Source of the DNA: Frankiaceae bacterium | GTDB lineage: Bacteria; Actinomycetota; Actinomycetes; Mycobacteriales; SCTD01 | Assembly: GCA_016650445.1 (NCBI GenBank) | Contig: JAENVS010000011.1 | Span: forward strand, 74,307-138,306 | DNA: 64,000 nt | Direction: 5' to 3' | Part shown: in pieces, positions 35,260-43,731 of the stretch | How positions within the stretch are numbered: position 1 is the stretch's first letter | How the letters are laid out: each line of letters begins with the position of its first letter | Notes under the pieces: generated by a model | The model's database searches: none | The model's input: the letters and a program-made list of their open reading frames with translations, nothing else | What the model was told of the DNA's origin: nothing | Program-made: the position numbers and the translations under genes

Positions 35260-35372
35260 TCGGGGGATGTCCACGGGCCATCGTCGATCTCCCCGCCTCG
35301 GGGCGCAACCTCGCCCCGATCCGGGCGGGTTCGCGGCTCAAGTCCAGGCGTGATGGTGACGACCTTCAAGCC

Positions 35373-35750
35373 ATGCGGATCCTTGTGGTCGACGACGACC
35401 TGAGCGTCCGACGTCTCGTCTCGGTGCAGCTCGGCCTGGCCGGCCACGAGGTGCACATCGCGGAGGACGGCCCCGCCGCCCTGCTCGCCATCTCCAGCAT
35501 CGAGCCGGACCTGGTGGTTCTGGACGTGCGGATGCCCGAGATGAACGGTTGGCAGGTGTTGAAGGCCCTGCGCGCCCAGCCTGCCTACGAGCAGCTGCCG
35601 GTCCTCATGCTCACCGCTGCCGCCGAGTCGTCAGAGGTCGAGCTCAGCTACGCCCTGGGTGCCTCCGCAGTCATCGGCAAGCCGTACGACGGAGACCGGC
35701 TGGCCCAGATGGTCGAGACGCTCATCCTGCAGTCGCACGTCCTGAACTAG
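35373..35750 (+). CDS. stand-alone receiver-domain response regulator (CheY-like)
   Basis: ORF 35208..35750 trimmed to Met56. MRILVVDDD, LVVLDVRMPEMNG, LMLTA, IGKPYD. 125 aa with no output domain. Confidence 0.85.
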   Translation: MRILVVDDDLSVRRLVSVQLGLAGHEVHIAEDGPAALLAISSIEPDLVVLDVRMPEMNGWQVLKALRAQPAYEQLPVLMLTAAAESSEVELSYALGASAVIGKPYDGDRLAQMVETLILQSHVLN

Positions 35751-35809
35751 TCACCCGCACTCCACCCCACAGACTGAGGCGCACCGGTCTGTCGTGACAC
35801 GATCGCGCG

Positions 35810-36526
35810 GTGCTGACCGTGTGGCGCAAGGCCTTCGCCGAACTGCTCGGCACGGCCCTGCTGGTGGCCACCGTCGTGGGCTCCGGCATCGCTGCCGAGC
35901 GACTGAGCCCCGATGACGTCGGCCAGCAGCTCCTGGAGAACTCGCTCGTCACCGGCGCCGCCTTGACGGCGCTCATCCTGGCGCTGGGTCCGGTGTCCGC
36001 CGCATTCAACCCGGTGGTGACGCTGGCTGAGCGCGCGCTGGGCGCGATCAGCAGCCGCGACGCCGTGGTGTTCATCGCGGCCCAGCTCAGCGGTGGAGCT
36101 CTGGGCTGCGTCCTCGCGAACCTCATGTTCGACCTCAGCGCTATCAACCTGTCCGAGCATGACCGGTCCGGTGGCGGGCTGTGGCTGGGAGAGGTGGTCG
36201 CGACGTTCGGGCTGCTGCTCGTCATCTTCGGTGTCGTCCGCTCCGGGCGAGCGCACCTCGTCTCGTTCGCCGTGGGCGGTTACATCACTGCGGCGTACTG
36301 GTTCACGTCCTCGACGTCGTTCGCCAACCCCGCCGTCACTCTCGCAAGGACGCTGTCCGACACCTTCGCAGGCATCGCGCCCGGGTCGGTCACCGGCTTC
36401 GTCGCGATGCAGCTGCTCGGAGCGGCGCTGGGAGTCGGTGCCGTGGTGCTGCTGTACCCGAACGCCCGGGAGGTGGCCCAGGAGGTCGCGCACCTCGACC
36501 ACATCCCGGACCAGGGACGCGGCTGA
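35810..36526 (+). CDS. MIP-family channel (aquaporin/glycerol facilitator-like)
   Basis: GTG start. Six TM helices. NPV/NPA boxes SAAFNPVVTL and SFANPAVTLAR. Confidence 0.88.
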   Translation: MLTVWRKAFAELLGTALLVATVVGSGIAAERLSPDDVGQQLLENSLVTGAALTALILALGPVSAAFNPVVTLAERALGAISSRDAVVFIAAQLSGGALGCVLANLMFDLSAINLSEHDRSGGGLWLGEVVATFGLLLVIFGVVRSGRAHLVSFAVGGYITAAYWFTSSTSFANPAVTLARTLSDTFAGIAPGSVTGFVAMQLLGAALGVGAVVLLYPNAREVAQEVAHLDHIPDQGRG

Positions 36527-36538
36527 CCGCGACGAGCA

Positions 36539-36732
36539 TCAGACGTTGACGCGGACATGGCGAGCGCGACGTCCGCGAACGTAACCGCGCACGGTCGCGC
36601 CTGACACCCCAACGACGGGCACAGCGCAACGCGATCGACGCTGGCCAGCCAGGCCGCGACGCGTCGATGGTGCTCGTGCTGTTCGACGGTCAGCGCGATG
36701 AGCACGTCGGCGTCGAGCAGATAGGTCGTCAC
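36539..36732 (-). pseudogene. degenerate VapC-like PIN toxin (only the N-terminal ~40 aa is recognisable)
   Basis: MTTYLLDADVLIALTVEQHEHHRRVAAWLASVDRVALCP is a PIN N-terminus. The rest of the 150-aa ORF runs antisense through the aquaporin 3' end and lacks distal PIN acidic residues. A second frame (..PVVGVSGATVRGYVR..) stops at 36539. Confidence 0.5.
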
Positions 36733-36959
36733 TCCTCGTCGAGCGCAGCCGCGACGTCATCAGAGGTAAGCCGGCGCCCGATGCTCACCACGGGGAAGCC
36801 CGACGTGCCATCGGTCCGAACGACGACCGGCTCGTCCAGCTGACCCAGCCCTCGGGCAGTGAGCTCTGCGAGTGTGGCGGACAGGGACTGGCCACGGGCC
36901 TTGGCGAGCTCCTGGGCCCGCCGATGGACGGCCGGCGGGAGGTCGACGGTGGTGCGCAC
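36729..36959 (-). CDS. vapB: VapB-type antitoxin
   Basis: MRTTVDLPPAVHRRAQELAKARGQSLSATLAELTARGL is typical of VapB antitoxins. GTGA overlap with the PIN remnant. Confidence 0.7.
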   Translation of the reverse strand: MRTTVDLPPAVHRRAQELAKARGQSLSATLAELTARGLGQLDEPVVVRTDGTSGFPVVSIGRRLTSDDVAAALDEE

Positions 36960-37039
36960 GTATGCATCGTGTGTGCACCACTAGTGATGCACACACTCCG
37001 ATGTGACCGGAACTCCCCGCCGTCGCCGTCGTGGGATGG

Positions 37040-37447
37040 TCAAGGGAGGACGACGAACCTCCTGCCCTGCAGTGACTTGAGCACATCGAAGTGGCGACGA
37101 TCGAGCGTCAGGATCGTGCGAGTGTCGAAGCGCTTGGCGAGCAGGACCAACGAGGCATCCGTGACGCCGATCTCCTGATCGCTGTACTTCTGCACGAGCT
37201 GCGCGCACGCGGCGATGTCAGCAGCAGTCAAGGCTGGCAGCTCGTAGGCGCCCGAGCCCAGCTCCCCCAGGACGGCCAACTCAGCCGAGACACCGACCCT
37301 GGCGGCCAGGAGGTAGTCGAGCTCAGCAATGACGAAGGGCGAGACGATCAGTGGCTCGGTCGCCGCCTCGACGGCAGCCTTGACGCGCTCGTGCGCCGGC
37401 TCGGCCGCGTTGAAGTAGGCGAGCAGCCCGCTCGTGTCAGCGATCAC
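37040..37447 (-). CDS. vapC: PIN-domain toxin (VapC)
   Basis: 135 aa. MIADTSGLLAYF, FVIAELDYLL, GVTDASLVLLA, ILTLDRRHF (four acidic PIN positions). Confidence 0.85.
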   Translation of the reverse strand: MIADTSGLLAYFNAAEPAHERVKAAVEAATEPLIVSPFVIAELDYLLAARVGVSAELAVLGELGSGAYELPALTAADIAACAQLVQKYSDQEIGVTDASLVLLAKRFDTRTILTLDRRHFDVLKSLQGRRFVVLP

Positions 37448-37653
37448 CGCGTGCCGAAGCCCGCCAGCAGCTCATCGACGTGCTCGGCGATCGCAGGCCC
37501 ATCGATGATGGCCGCTCGCGGCAACGGCCGACTCAGGCCGGCGGCAAGGGCCAGCCGGATGACCTCGGCCTCTGCGATCCCTCGGCGACGGGCTTCGCGC
37601 TCGACCTCTGCTTTCAGCTCGTCGGGAAGGTAGAGGGTGGTCTTGACAGACAT
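37444..37653 (-). CDS. ribbon-helix-helix (CopG-like) antitoxin
   Basis: ORF 37444..37689 trimmed to Met13. MSVKTTLYLPDELKAEVEREARRRGIAEAEVIRLAL. 4-nt overlap with vapC. Confidence 0.75.
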   Translation of the reverse strand: MSVKTTLYLPDELKAEVEREARRRGIAEAEVIRLALAAGLSRPLPRAAIIDGPAIAEHVDELLAGFGTR

Positions 37654-37714
37654 ACCACATATGGTACCACCGGTGGCAGTCGCCTCCACGGCGCCGCGGC
37701 CAAGACGCCGCTCG

Positions 37715-37842
37715 CCGTACGGATCAACTTCTGGAAGCTCGGGCGTGCGGTCCCGGAAGTTGATCCGTATGAGTCCAGTGGCGGGCCGTCGTACGGATCA
37801 ACTTCCGCACGGCTGAGCCTGGCGTTTCAGAAGTTGATCCGC
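37715..37842. repeat. four 13-bp boxes ACGGATCAACTTC in alternating orientation at 37-bp spacing (two tandem 74-bp hairpin units)
   Basis: Forward boxes at 37719-37731 and 37793-37805. Reverse-complement boxes at 37756-37768 and 37830-37841. Spacers are 24 nt each and poorly conserved. Confidence 0.85.
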
Positions 37843-37897
37843 AGGGCGCCGCGAGCGGCCGAGCGGGCCGGTGGCCGCCGCGGCCTACCCCTGGCTC

Positions 37898-38971
37898 TTA
37901 AACGTTGAAGCGGAACTCCACGACGTCGCCGTCCTGCATGACGTAGTCCTTGCCCTCCATGCGCGCCTTGCCTACGGAGCGCGCAGCGGCGACGGAGCCC
38001 GCCGCGACCAGGTCGTCGAAGCCGATGACCTCGGCCTTGATGAAGCCCTTCTGGAAGTCGGTGTGGATCACGCCGGCGGCCTCGGGTGCCGTGGCGCCCT
38101 TGCGGATCGTCCAGGCGCGAGCCTCCTTCGGCCCCGCGGTCAGGTACGTCTGCAGCCCCAGCGTGTCGAAGCCGACCCGCGCCAGCTGGTTCAGCCCCGA
38201 CTCCTCCTGGCCCATGGACTGCAGCAGCTCCAGGGCGTCGGCTGCGTCCATCTCGATGAGCTCCATCTCGACCTTGGCATCCATGAAGACCGCCTCGGCC
38301 GGCGCGACGAGCGCGGCGAGCTCGGCCCGCAGCTCGGCGTTGGGCAGCTCCTCCTCGTCGAGGTTGAAGACGTAGAGGAACGGCTTGGCCGTCAGCAGGT
38401 GCAACTCGCGCAGCGGCTCCCGGTCGACGCCGGAGGCGAAGACGGTCTGGCCGGAGTCCAGGATCTCCTGCGCCCGTCGTACGGCCTCGAGCTGAGGGAC
38501 GACGTCCTTCTTGATCCGCGCTTCCTTCTCCAGCCGCGGGATGACCTTCTCGACCGTCTGCATGTCTGCGAGGATCAGCTCGGTGTTGATGGTCTCGATG
38601 TCGTCCTTCGGCGAGACCCGGCCCTCGACGTGCACGACGTTCTCGTCGGTGAACACCCGGATGACCTGGCAGATGGCGTCGCTGTCGCGGATGTTCGCGA
38701 GGAACTTGTTGCCGAGCCCCTCACCCTCGCTGGCGCCACGGACGATGCCGGCGATGTCGACGAACGACACGACCGCGGGGATCTGCTTCTCGCTGCTGAA
38801 CACCTCGGCGAGCTTGGCGATCCGGTCGTCCGGAACGCCGACCACGCCGATGTTCGGCTCGATGGTGGCGAAGGGGTAGTTGGCGGCCAGGACGTCGTTC
38901 TTCGTCAGGGCGTTGAACAGCGTGCTCTTGCCGACGTTGGGCAGGCCGACGATGCCGATGCTGAGGGACAC
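37898..38971 (-). CDS. ychF: redox-regulated ATPase YchF
   Basis: GTG start at residue 21 of ORF 37898..39031. SIGIVGLPNVGKSTLFNALT. C-terminus DGDVVEFRFNV. Confidence 0.93.
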   Translation of the reverse strand: MSLSIGIVGLPNVGKSTLFNALTKNDVLAANYPFATIEPNIGVVGVPDDRIAKLAEVFSSEKQIPAVVSFVDIAGIVRGASEGEGLGNKFLANIRDSDAICQVIRVFTDENVVHVEGRVSPKDDIETINTELILADMQTVEKVIPRLEKEARIKKDVVPQLEAVRRAQEILDSGQTVFASGVDREPLRELHLLTAKPFLYVFNLDEEELPNAELRAELAALVAPAEAVFMDAKVEMELIEMDAADALELLQSMGQEESGLNQLARVGFDTLGLQTYLTAGPKEARAWTIRKGATAPEAAGVIHTDFQKGFIKAEVIGFDDLVAAGSVAAARSVGKARMEGKDYVMQDGDVVEFRFNV

Positions 38972-39045
38972 GCCGTACGACGCTACCGGCCGCCCTGGGG
39001 CAGGAACGCCCCCGTCGACGCCGAAGTACACCCCCAGGGGGATAC

Positions 39046-39669
39046 ATGAGTCGCAAGGGGCTGGCCGCGCTTGGCGCGGTTGTCGCAGTTGGCATGACCG
39101 GAGTACCGGCGGATGCTGGGCCGTACGCCGGCCAGCACCGGTACGTCGACACGATCAAGGTCTCGATCCACGGAGCGGACGGCGCGACCTGGAACATCCA
39201 GGTCGCCGCTCGGGTCGCCGGCGCCGTGCAGTCTGAGGACGACACGCCACTCCTCGTCACGCTCGACCGCTGCGTTGGAAAGGACTGCCTTGCTGTCGGA
39301 CGCTGGCGCCAGGCCATGACGAACGGGCGAGCGGACGTCGCGGACGACCTGTCGACGGGGACCATCGAAAGCACGGTGATGGGCGTTCCCGTCAAGGTCT
39401 CGCTGACGGCGACGACGCAGCTGCCCATCGCCAACAGCGTGAACTTCGGCTTCCAGTCCAACGACCCGACGTACGTGCACCCACGTGCGGACTACGGGAA
39501 GTCGGCCACCGGCACGCTGTTGCTCGGTCGGCTGGCCTGCAAGGTGACCTCCGGCGTGCTCGGCGAGGCAGTCTTCCGGGCCGACACCAACGGGCCCAAC
39601 GGGGACAGCCGGACGGCGCCACCGAGGACCTGGCCGGTCGGCATGCTCGGCGCCCGCGCCTCCTGCTGA
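39046..39669 (+). CDS. secreted hypothetical protein
   Basis: Signal peptide MSRKGLAALGAVVAVGMTGVPADA. 207 aa. No motif recognised. Confidence 0.55.
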   Translation: MSRKGLAALGAVVAVGMTGVPADAGPYAGQHRYVDTIKVSIHGADGATWNIQVAARVAGAVQSEDDTPLLVTLDRCVGKDCLAVGRWRQAMTNGRADVADDLSTGTIESTVMGVPVKVSLTATTQLPIANSVNFGFQSNDPTYVHPRADYGKSATGTLLLGRLACKVTSGVLGEAVFRADTNGPNGDSRTAPPRTWPVGMLGARASC

Positions 39670-39715
39670 GCGCGTCTCGCCTGATCTGTCGCACCCGCGT
39701 GGCACCTTCGGGGCC

Positions 39716-40849
39716 ATGACCGTCTTCCTCGCTCTGCTCGTCGGCCTCGGTGTCGGCGTCGTCCTCGGTCGGTTCCTCGCCCGGCGTGACGAGACCACGC
39801 TCGCCGCGTCCTTCGAGGGCATCGCCGCGCGCGCATTGCGCGGCGAGTCCGAGCGCGACCTCGCCCACCAGCAGCAGTCGGTGCGCCAGCTCGTTGAGCC
39901 GCTGCGAGAGCAGCTCGGCCGGGTCGAGGGGCAGCTGCGCGGGCTCGAGACCGAGCGCGCCCGCGCGTTCGGCGAGCTGAGCAAGCAGGTCGACACCGTG
40001 CGGCAGAGCTCGGAGCTCCTCGGTCGCGAGACCGCGTCCCTGGTCAACGCCCTGCGCAAGCCGCAGGCCCGTGGGCAATGGGGCGAGATGCAGCTGCGCC
40101 GGGTCGTCGAGCACGCCGGCATGCTCGAGCGCTGCGACTTCGACGAGCAGGCGACCGTGCGAGACGCGGACGGGCGTGCGCTGCGCCCCGACCTCGTGGT
40201 GCGACTGGCCGGCAAGCGGTCTGTCGTCGTCGACGCGAAGGTCACGCTCGCGGCGTACCTCGAAGCGGCCGAGACGACCGACGAAGCCTTTCGCGAAGAG
40301 CGGCTGGTCGCGCACGCCCGGCACCTGCGGCAGCACGTCGACCGGCTCGCCGAGAAGGCCTACTGGCAGCAGTTCCCCGACGCGCCGGAGTTCGTGGTGC
40401 TGTTCGTGCCGGGCGAGGCCTTCCTGGCGCCCGCGCTGGAGCGCGACCCGGCGTTGCTCGAGCACGCCTACGCCCGGCGGGTGCACATCGCAACACCGAC
40501 GACTCTCGTGTCCCTGCTGCGTGCGGTGGCCTACGCGTGGCAGCAGCACTCGCTGACCGAGAACGCGCAGGAGGTGTTCCACGCCGGCAAGGAGCTCTAC
40601 CAGCGGCTGAGCACCCTCGGGGGCCACGTCGACAAGCTCGGGCGGTCGCTCAACACTGCGGTCACCGACTACAACAAGACGGTCGCCTCCATGGAGCGCA
40701 ACCTGCTCCCCTCGGCGCGACGGATGTCCGACCTCGGGGTGGCACACGATGAGCTGGCCGGACCGCGCGCGGTCGACGCCGTTGCGGCACGCCTCGTCTC
40801 GCCCGAGCTGACCCTCGTGCCCGTCCAGGACGAGCGCCTCAGCTCGTGA
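39716..40849 (+). CDS. rmuC: DNA recombination protein RmuC
   Basis: N-terminal TM plus coiled coil. ARGQWGEMQLRRVVEHAGM, PEFVVLFVPGEAFL, HIATPTTLVSLLRAV. Confidence 0.88.
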   Translation: MTVFLALLVGLGVGVVLGRFLARRDETTLAASFEGIAARALRGESERDLAHQQQSVRQLVEPLREQLGRVEGQLRGLETERARAFGELSKQVDTVRQSSELLGRETASLVNALRKPQARGQWGEMQLRRVVEHAGMLERCDFDEQATVRDADGRALRPDLVVRLAGKRSVVVDAKVTLAAYLEAAETTDEAFREERLVAHARHLRQHVDRLAEKAYWQQFPDAPEFVVLFVPGEAFLAPALERDPALLEHAYARRVHIATPTTLVSLLRAVAYAWQQHSLTENAQEVFHAGKELYQRLSTLGGHVDKLGRSLNTAVTDYNKTVASMERNLLPSARRMSDLGVAHDELAGPRAVDAVAARLVSPELTLVPVQDERLSS

Positions 40850-40853
40850 CCTC

Positions 40854-41117
40854 TCAGCCTCGCGGGTCGATGCCGAGCTCGGTGCAGTGGTCGCAGGCCG
40901 CCTTGGCGATCACGTTGGCCGGGGTCGCACCGGTCTGTCTCGGACCGGCCATCAGGCGACGGGCGATCTCCGGCGGGTCGTCGCAGCCGACGTCGCGCAG
41001 GTGCTGCCACGCCTCACGCGCGAGCCGCGCGGCGTCCTCCTCCGGCAGACCGGGGTCAGCGGTACGCGCGGCGGAGGCCACGCGCTCGGGGTCATACGAC
41101 GGCTCAGGCTGCGACAC
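40854..41117 (-). CDS. small hypothetical protein (87 aa)
   Basis: GTG at residue 99 of ORF 40854..41411. GC3-rich frame. No recognised motif. Start uncertain. Confidence 0.35.
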   Translation of the reverse strand: MSQPEPSYDPERVASAARTADPGLPEEDAARLAREAWQHLRDVGCDDPPEIARRLMAGPRQTGATPANVIAKAACDHCTELGIDPRG

Positions 41118-41138
41118 GTCGGGACACGCTAGACGCGC

Positions 41139-41669
41139 TTGAGTCGGCTGTCGCGGCGGTACCGTTTCGGAGTGACGACGTGGACTGACGCTGATGCGTC
41201 CGGCCTGCCTGCACCGGAGGCCCCGGTCTCCCACCTGCACGGCGTGCACGTCGTCGACCGGCGCGGGCTGACCGCGGTCGGTGCCGTGACGGTCGCGCTG
41301 CTCCTCGGCGCGGCCGGCGGCTTCATCGACGTGATGACCGGGCAAGGCCTGCGCACCGTCTTCGCGGTCTGCTTCATCGCCGGGTGCGCGTTCGCCGCGT
41401 TGAAGGTCCACCGCGAGGACCTCGCCGCTACCGTCGTGATGCCGCCGCTGGTCTACGCCGCGATCGCGCTGCTGGCCGGGGTGTTCTCGCAGACCGTAGC
41501 CGTCGGCGGGTTCCTGACCCGCAACGCCCTCGAGCTGGCGGTGTCGCTCGTGCTCGGCGCGCCGGTGCTGCTCACCGCGACCGGCCTCGCCTTCGCGATC
41601 GCCGTGGTGCGCGGCTTCATCGGCCGCCGCCCGGCGACCGCCGACGACGACGTGATCAACGGCGAGTAG
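41139..41669 (+). CDS. integral membrane protein (4 predicted helices)
   Basis: 176 aa. Helices TAVGAVTVALLLGAAGGFI, VFAVCFIAGCAFAAL, PPLVYAAIALLAGVF, LVLGAPVLLTATGLAFAIAVV. Confidence 0.6.
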   Translation: MSRLSRRYRFGVTTWTDADASGLPAPEAPVSHLHGVHVVDRRGLTAVGAVTVALLLGAAGGFIDVMTGQGLRTVFAVCFIAGCAFAALKVHREDLAATVVMPPLVYAAIALLAGVFSQTVAVGGFLTRNALELAVSLVLGAPVLLTATGLAFAIAVVRGFIGRRPATADDDVINGE

Positions 41670-41695
41670 TCCGCATCAGGGCTCGTGATGCGGAC
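41669..41695. terminator. hairpin between convergent membrane-protein gene and ispH
   Basis: GTCCGCATCA (41669-41678), 7-nt loop, TGATGCGGAC (41686-41695). Confidence 0.5.
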
Positions 41696-41729
41696 AGCTC
41701 GCCGTTGATCAAGAAAGTGCGGGCTCGGG

Positions 41730-42716
41730 TCACGCAGACGGCGCAGCCGCGGCACGCAGGTCGCGGCGGAGCTCGGGCGGCAGCGCGAACAGCAGGCTCT
41801 CCTTCGCCGACTCCACCTCGGTGACGTCACCGAACCCGCGCGCCGAGAGCCAGTCGAGGACGCCGCTGACCAGCTCCTCGGGCACGGACGCACCGCTCGT
41901 TACCCCGACCGTGCGGACGCCCTCGAGCCACCCCGGGTCGATCTCGTCGGCGCCGTCGACCAAGTATGCGGACGACGCGCCGGCGTCGAACGCCACCTCG
42001 ACGAGCCGGACGCTGTTGGAGGAGTTGCGGGAGCCCACGACGATGACGAGCTCGGACTCGGCGGCGATCTCCTTGACCGCGACCTGCCGGTTCTGCGTGG
42101 CGTAGCAGATGTCGGCCGACGGCGGGCCCTGCAGCAGGGGGAAGCGCTCGCGCAGCGCCTCGACCGTCACCTCGGTCTCGTCGACAGAAAGCGTCGTCTG
42201 CGACAGGTAGGCGACCTTGGCCGGGTCGCGGATCTGGACGGCGGCCGCCTCCTCGATGCCGTCGACGAGGTGGATGTGCTCGGGCGCCTGACCGGTCGTA
42301 CCGACGACCTCTTCGTGGCCCTCGTGGCCGATCAGCACGATGTCGAGGTCGTCGGCGGCGAAGCGCTTCGCCTCGAGGTGCACCTTGGTGACGAGCGGGC
42401 AGGTCGCGTCGATCGTCTTCAGTCCCCGGGCCGCCGCCTCCGTGTGCACCGTCGGTGCCACGCCGTGCGCCGAGAACACAACCGTCGCGCCCTCCGGCAC
42501 GTCTGCGGTCTCCTCGACGAAGACCGCTCCGCGGGCCTCCAGCGTGCGCACCACATGGGCGTTGTGGACGATCTGCTTGCGGACGTAGACGGGGGCGCCG
42601 TACAGCTCGAGGGCCCTCTCGACCGTCTGCACAGCCCGGTCGACACCGGCGCAGTAGCCGCGCGGACGGGCGAGCAGGACCCGGCCCCGGGCGGGGGTGG
42701 AGGGGGTCGCCGTCAT
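41730..42716 (-). CDS. ispH: 4-hydroxy-3-methylbut-2-enyl diphosphate reductase
   Basis: ORF 41730..43424 trimmed to Met237 with a [46 protein letters not shown]. Confidence 0.93.
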   Translation of the reverse strand: MTATPSTPARGRVLLARPRGYCAGVDRAVQTVERALELYGAPVYVRKQIVHNAHVVRTLEARGAVFVEETADVPEGATVVFSAHGVAPTVHTEAAARGLKTIDATCPLVTKVHLEAKRFAADDLDIVLIGHEGHEEVVGTTGQAPEHIHLVDGIEEAAAVQIRDPAKVAYLSQTTLSVDETEVTVEALRERFPLLQGPPSADICYATQNRQVAVKEIAAESELVIVVGSRNSSNSVRLVEVAFDAGASSAYLVDGADEIDPGWLEGVRTVGVTSGASVPEELVSGVLDWLSARGFGDVTEVESAKESLLFALPPELRRDLRAAAAPSA

Positions 42717-42821
42717 GACCTCCAGGCTACGCCGGACGGCGCGCGCGGCCCCCGGGCGTGTGAGACCTGAGCGGTCAGGGCACGCTGGTGGGGACCCCGG
42801 CAACAGGAGGATCCCCCCGTC

Positions 42822-43709
42822 ATGGCCAGTCCCGTCCCGAAGAACGTCGCCGCCGTCCTCGGGCTCGTGCCCACCGTCCTCGGCAGCGTGCGCCGCCTGC
42901 CGCAGAAGGCGGTGCAACTGCCCGTCCTGGCCGTCGGCACGGCACTGTCGGGCCTCGACGCCGCCAAGCGCGAGTACGACGACCTGGCCGACCGTGGCGA
43001 GCGGCTCCTCGCACGGCTGCGCGGCACGTCGTTCGATGAGCTCGAGGACAAGGTCGAGGACTCGCTGGCGGGCACGCCGGTCGCCGGGCTCTACGACATG
43101 GCGGAGGACGCCCTCGAGGACGTCGCGGAGTCGATCGCGCGCGTCGCGAAGAACCTCAACACCAGCGCGATCGCCAACGCCAAGGAGGGGGTGGCCACCA
43201 CCGCGGTACGCGTTGCCGAGCAGGCTGAGGCCGACAAGGCGGTCCAGGAGACGCTGCCGGTCGATGAGCCGCCAAAGTCTGCACAGAGCGCACCTGGGAG
43301 CCCGGCGAAGGTCGACTCCGCGGCGACGCCCGAGGTCATCGAGCAGGTAGAGAAGATCGCGGGCAACGTCGACGCGCCGCTGATCACCGACCACAGCGAG
43401 CTGCCGCTCCCCGACTACGACCACATGACCCTCGGCTCCTTGCGCGGCCGGCTGCGCAGCCTCGACATGCAGCAGCTCGTGCAGCTGCGCGACTACGAGA
43501 AGTCCAAGGGCGACCGCTTGCCCGTCGTGACGATGCTCGACAACCGCATCGCGAAGCTCGCGAACGGCGAGAGCACTCCCACGGGGGTCGTTGCGGAGAC
43601 CCCGTCTCCGAAGGCGTCCACCGAGGACAAGCCGCCGAAGCAGCTCGGCGCCACCGCGGCCGCGAAGAACAGCAGCAGCCCGCCGCGCACCAAGGTCCGC
43701 ATCACGTAA
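42822..43709 (+). CDS. conserved hypothetical protein (position equivalent to the gene between ispH and xseA in mycobacteria)
   Basis: 295 aa. Helical Ala/Glu-rich N-terminal half. C-terminal [31 protein letters not shown] helix-hairpin-like segment. Confidence 0.6.
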   Translation: MASPVPKNVAAVLGLVPTVLGSVRRLPQKAVQLPVLAVGTALSGLDAAKREYDDLADRGERLLARLRGTSFDELEDKVEDSLAGTPVAGLYDMAEDALEDVAESIARVAKNLNTSAIANAKEGVATTAVRVAEQAEADKAVQETLPVDEPPKSAQSAPGSPAKVDSAATPEVIEQVEKIAGNVDAPLITDHSELPLPDYDHMTLGSLRGRLRSLDMQQLVQLRDYEKSKGDRLPVVTMLDNRIAKLANGESTPTGVVAETPSPKASTEDKPPKQLGATAAAKNSSSPPRTKVRIT

Positions 43710-43731
43710 CGCCGCTCCGTAGGGTGCGGGG

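Noticed and set aside
36280-36732. Accepting the 150-aa ORF as a full-length PIN toxin
   Set aside because: Beyond residue ~40 it is antisense to the aquaporin 3' end over 247 nt and lacks the distal conserved acidic residues of PIN domains. I treat it as a truncated remnant.
37715-37842. The 37-bp periodic repeats as a CRISPR array or as type III (ToxI-like) antitoxin RNA repeats
   Set aside because: The repeats are only 13 bp, alternate in orientation and number four. CRISPR and ToxI repeats are direct and longer (about 28-37 nt fully conserved). No cas or toxN-like gene is nearby.
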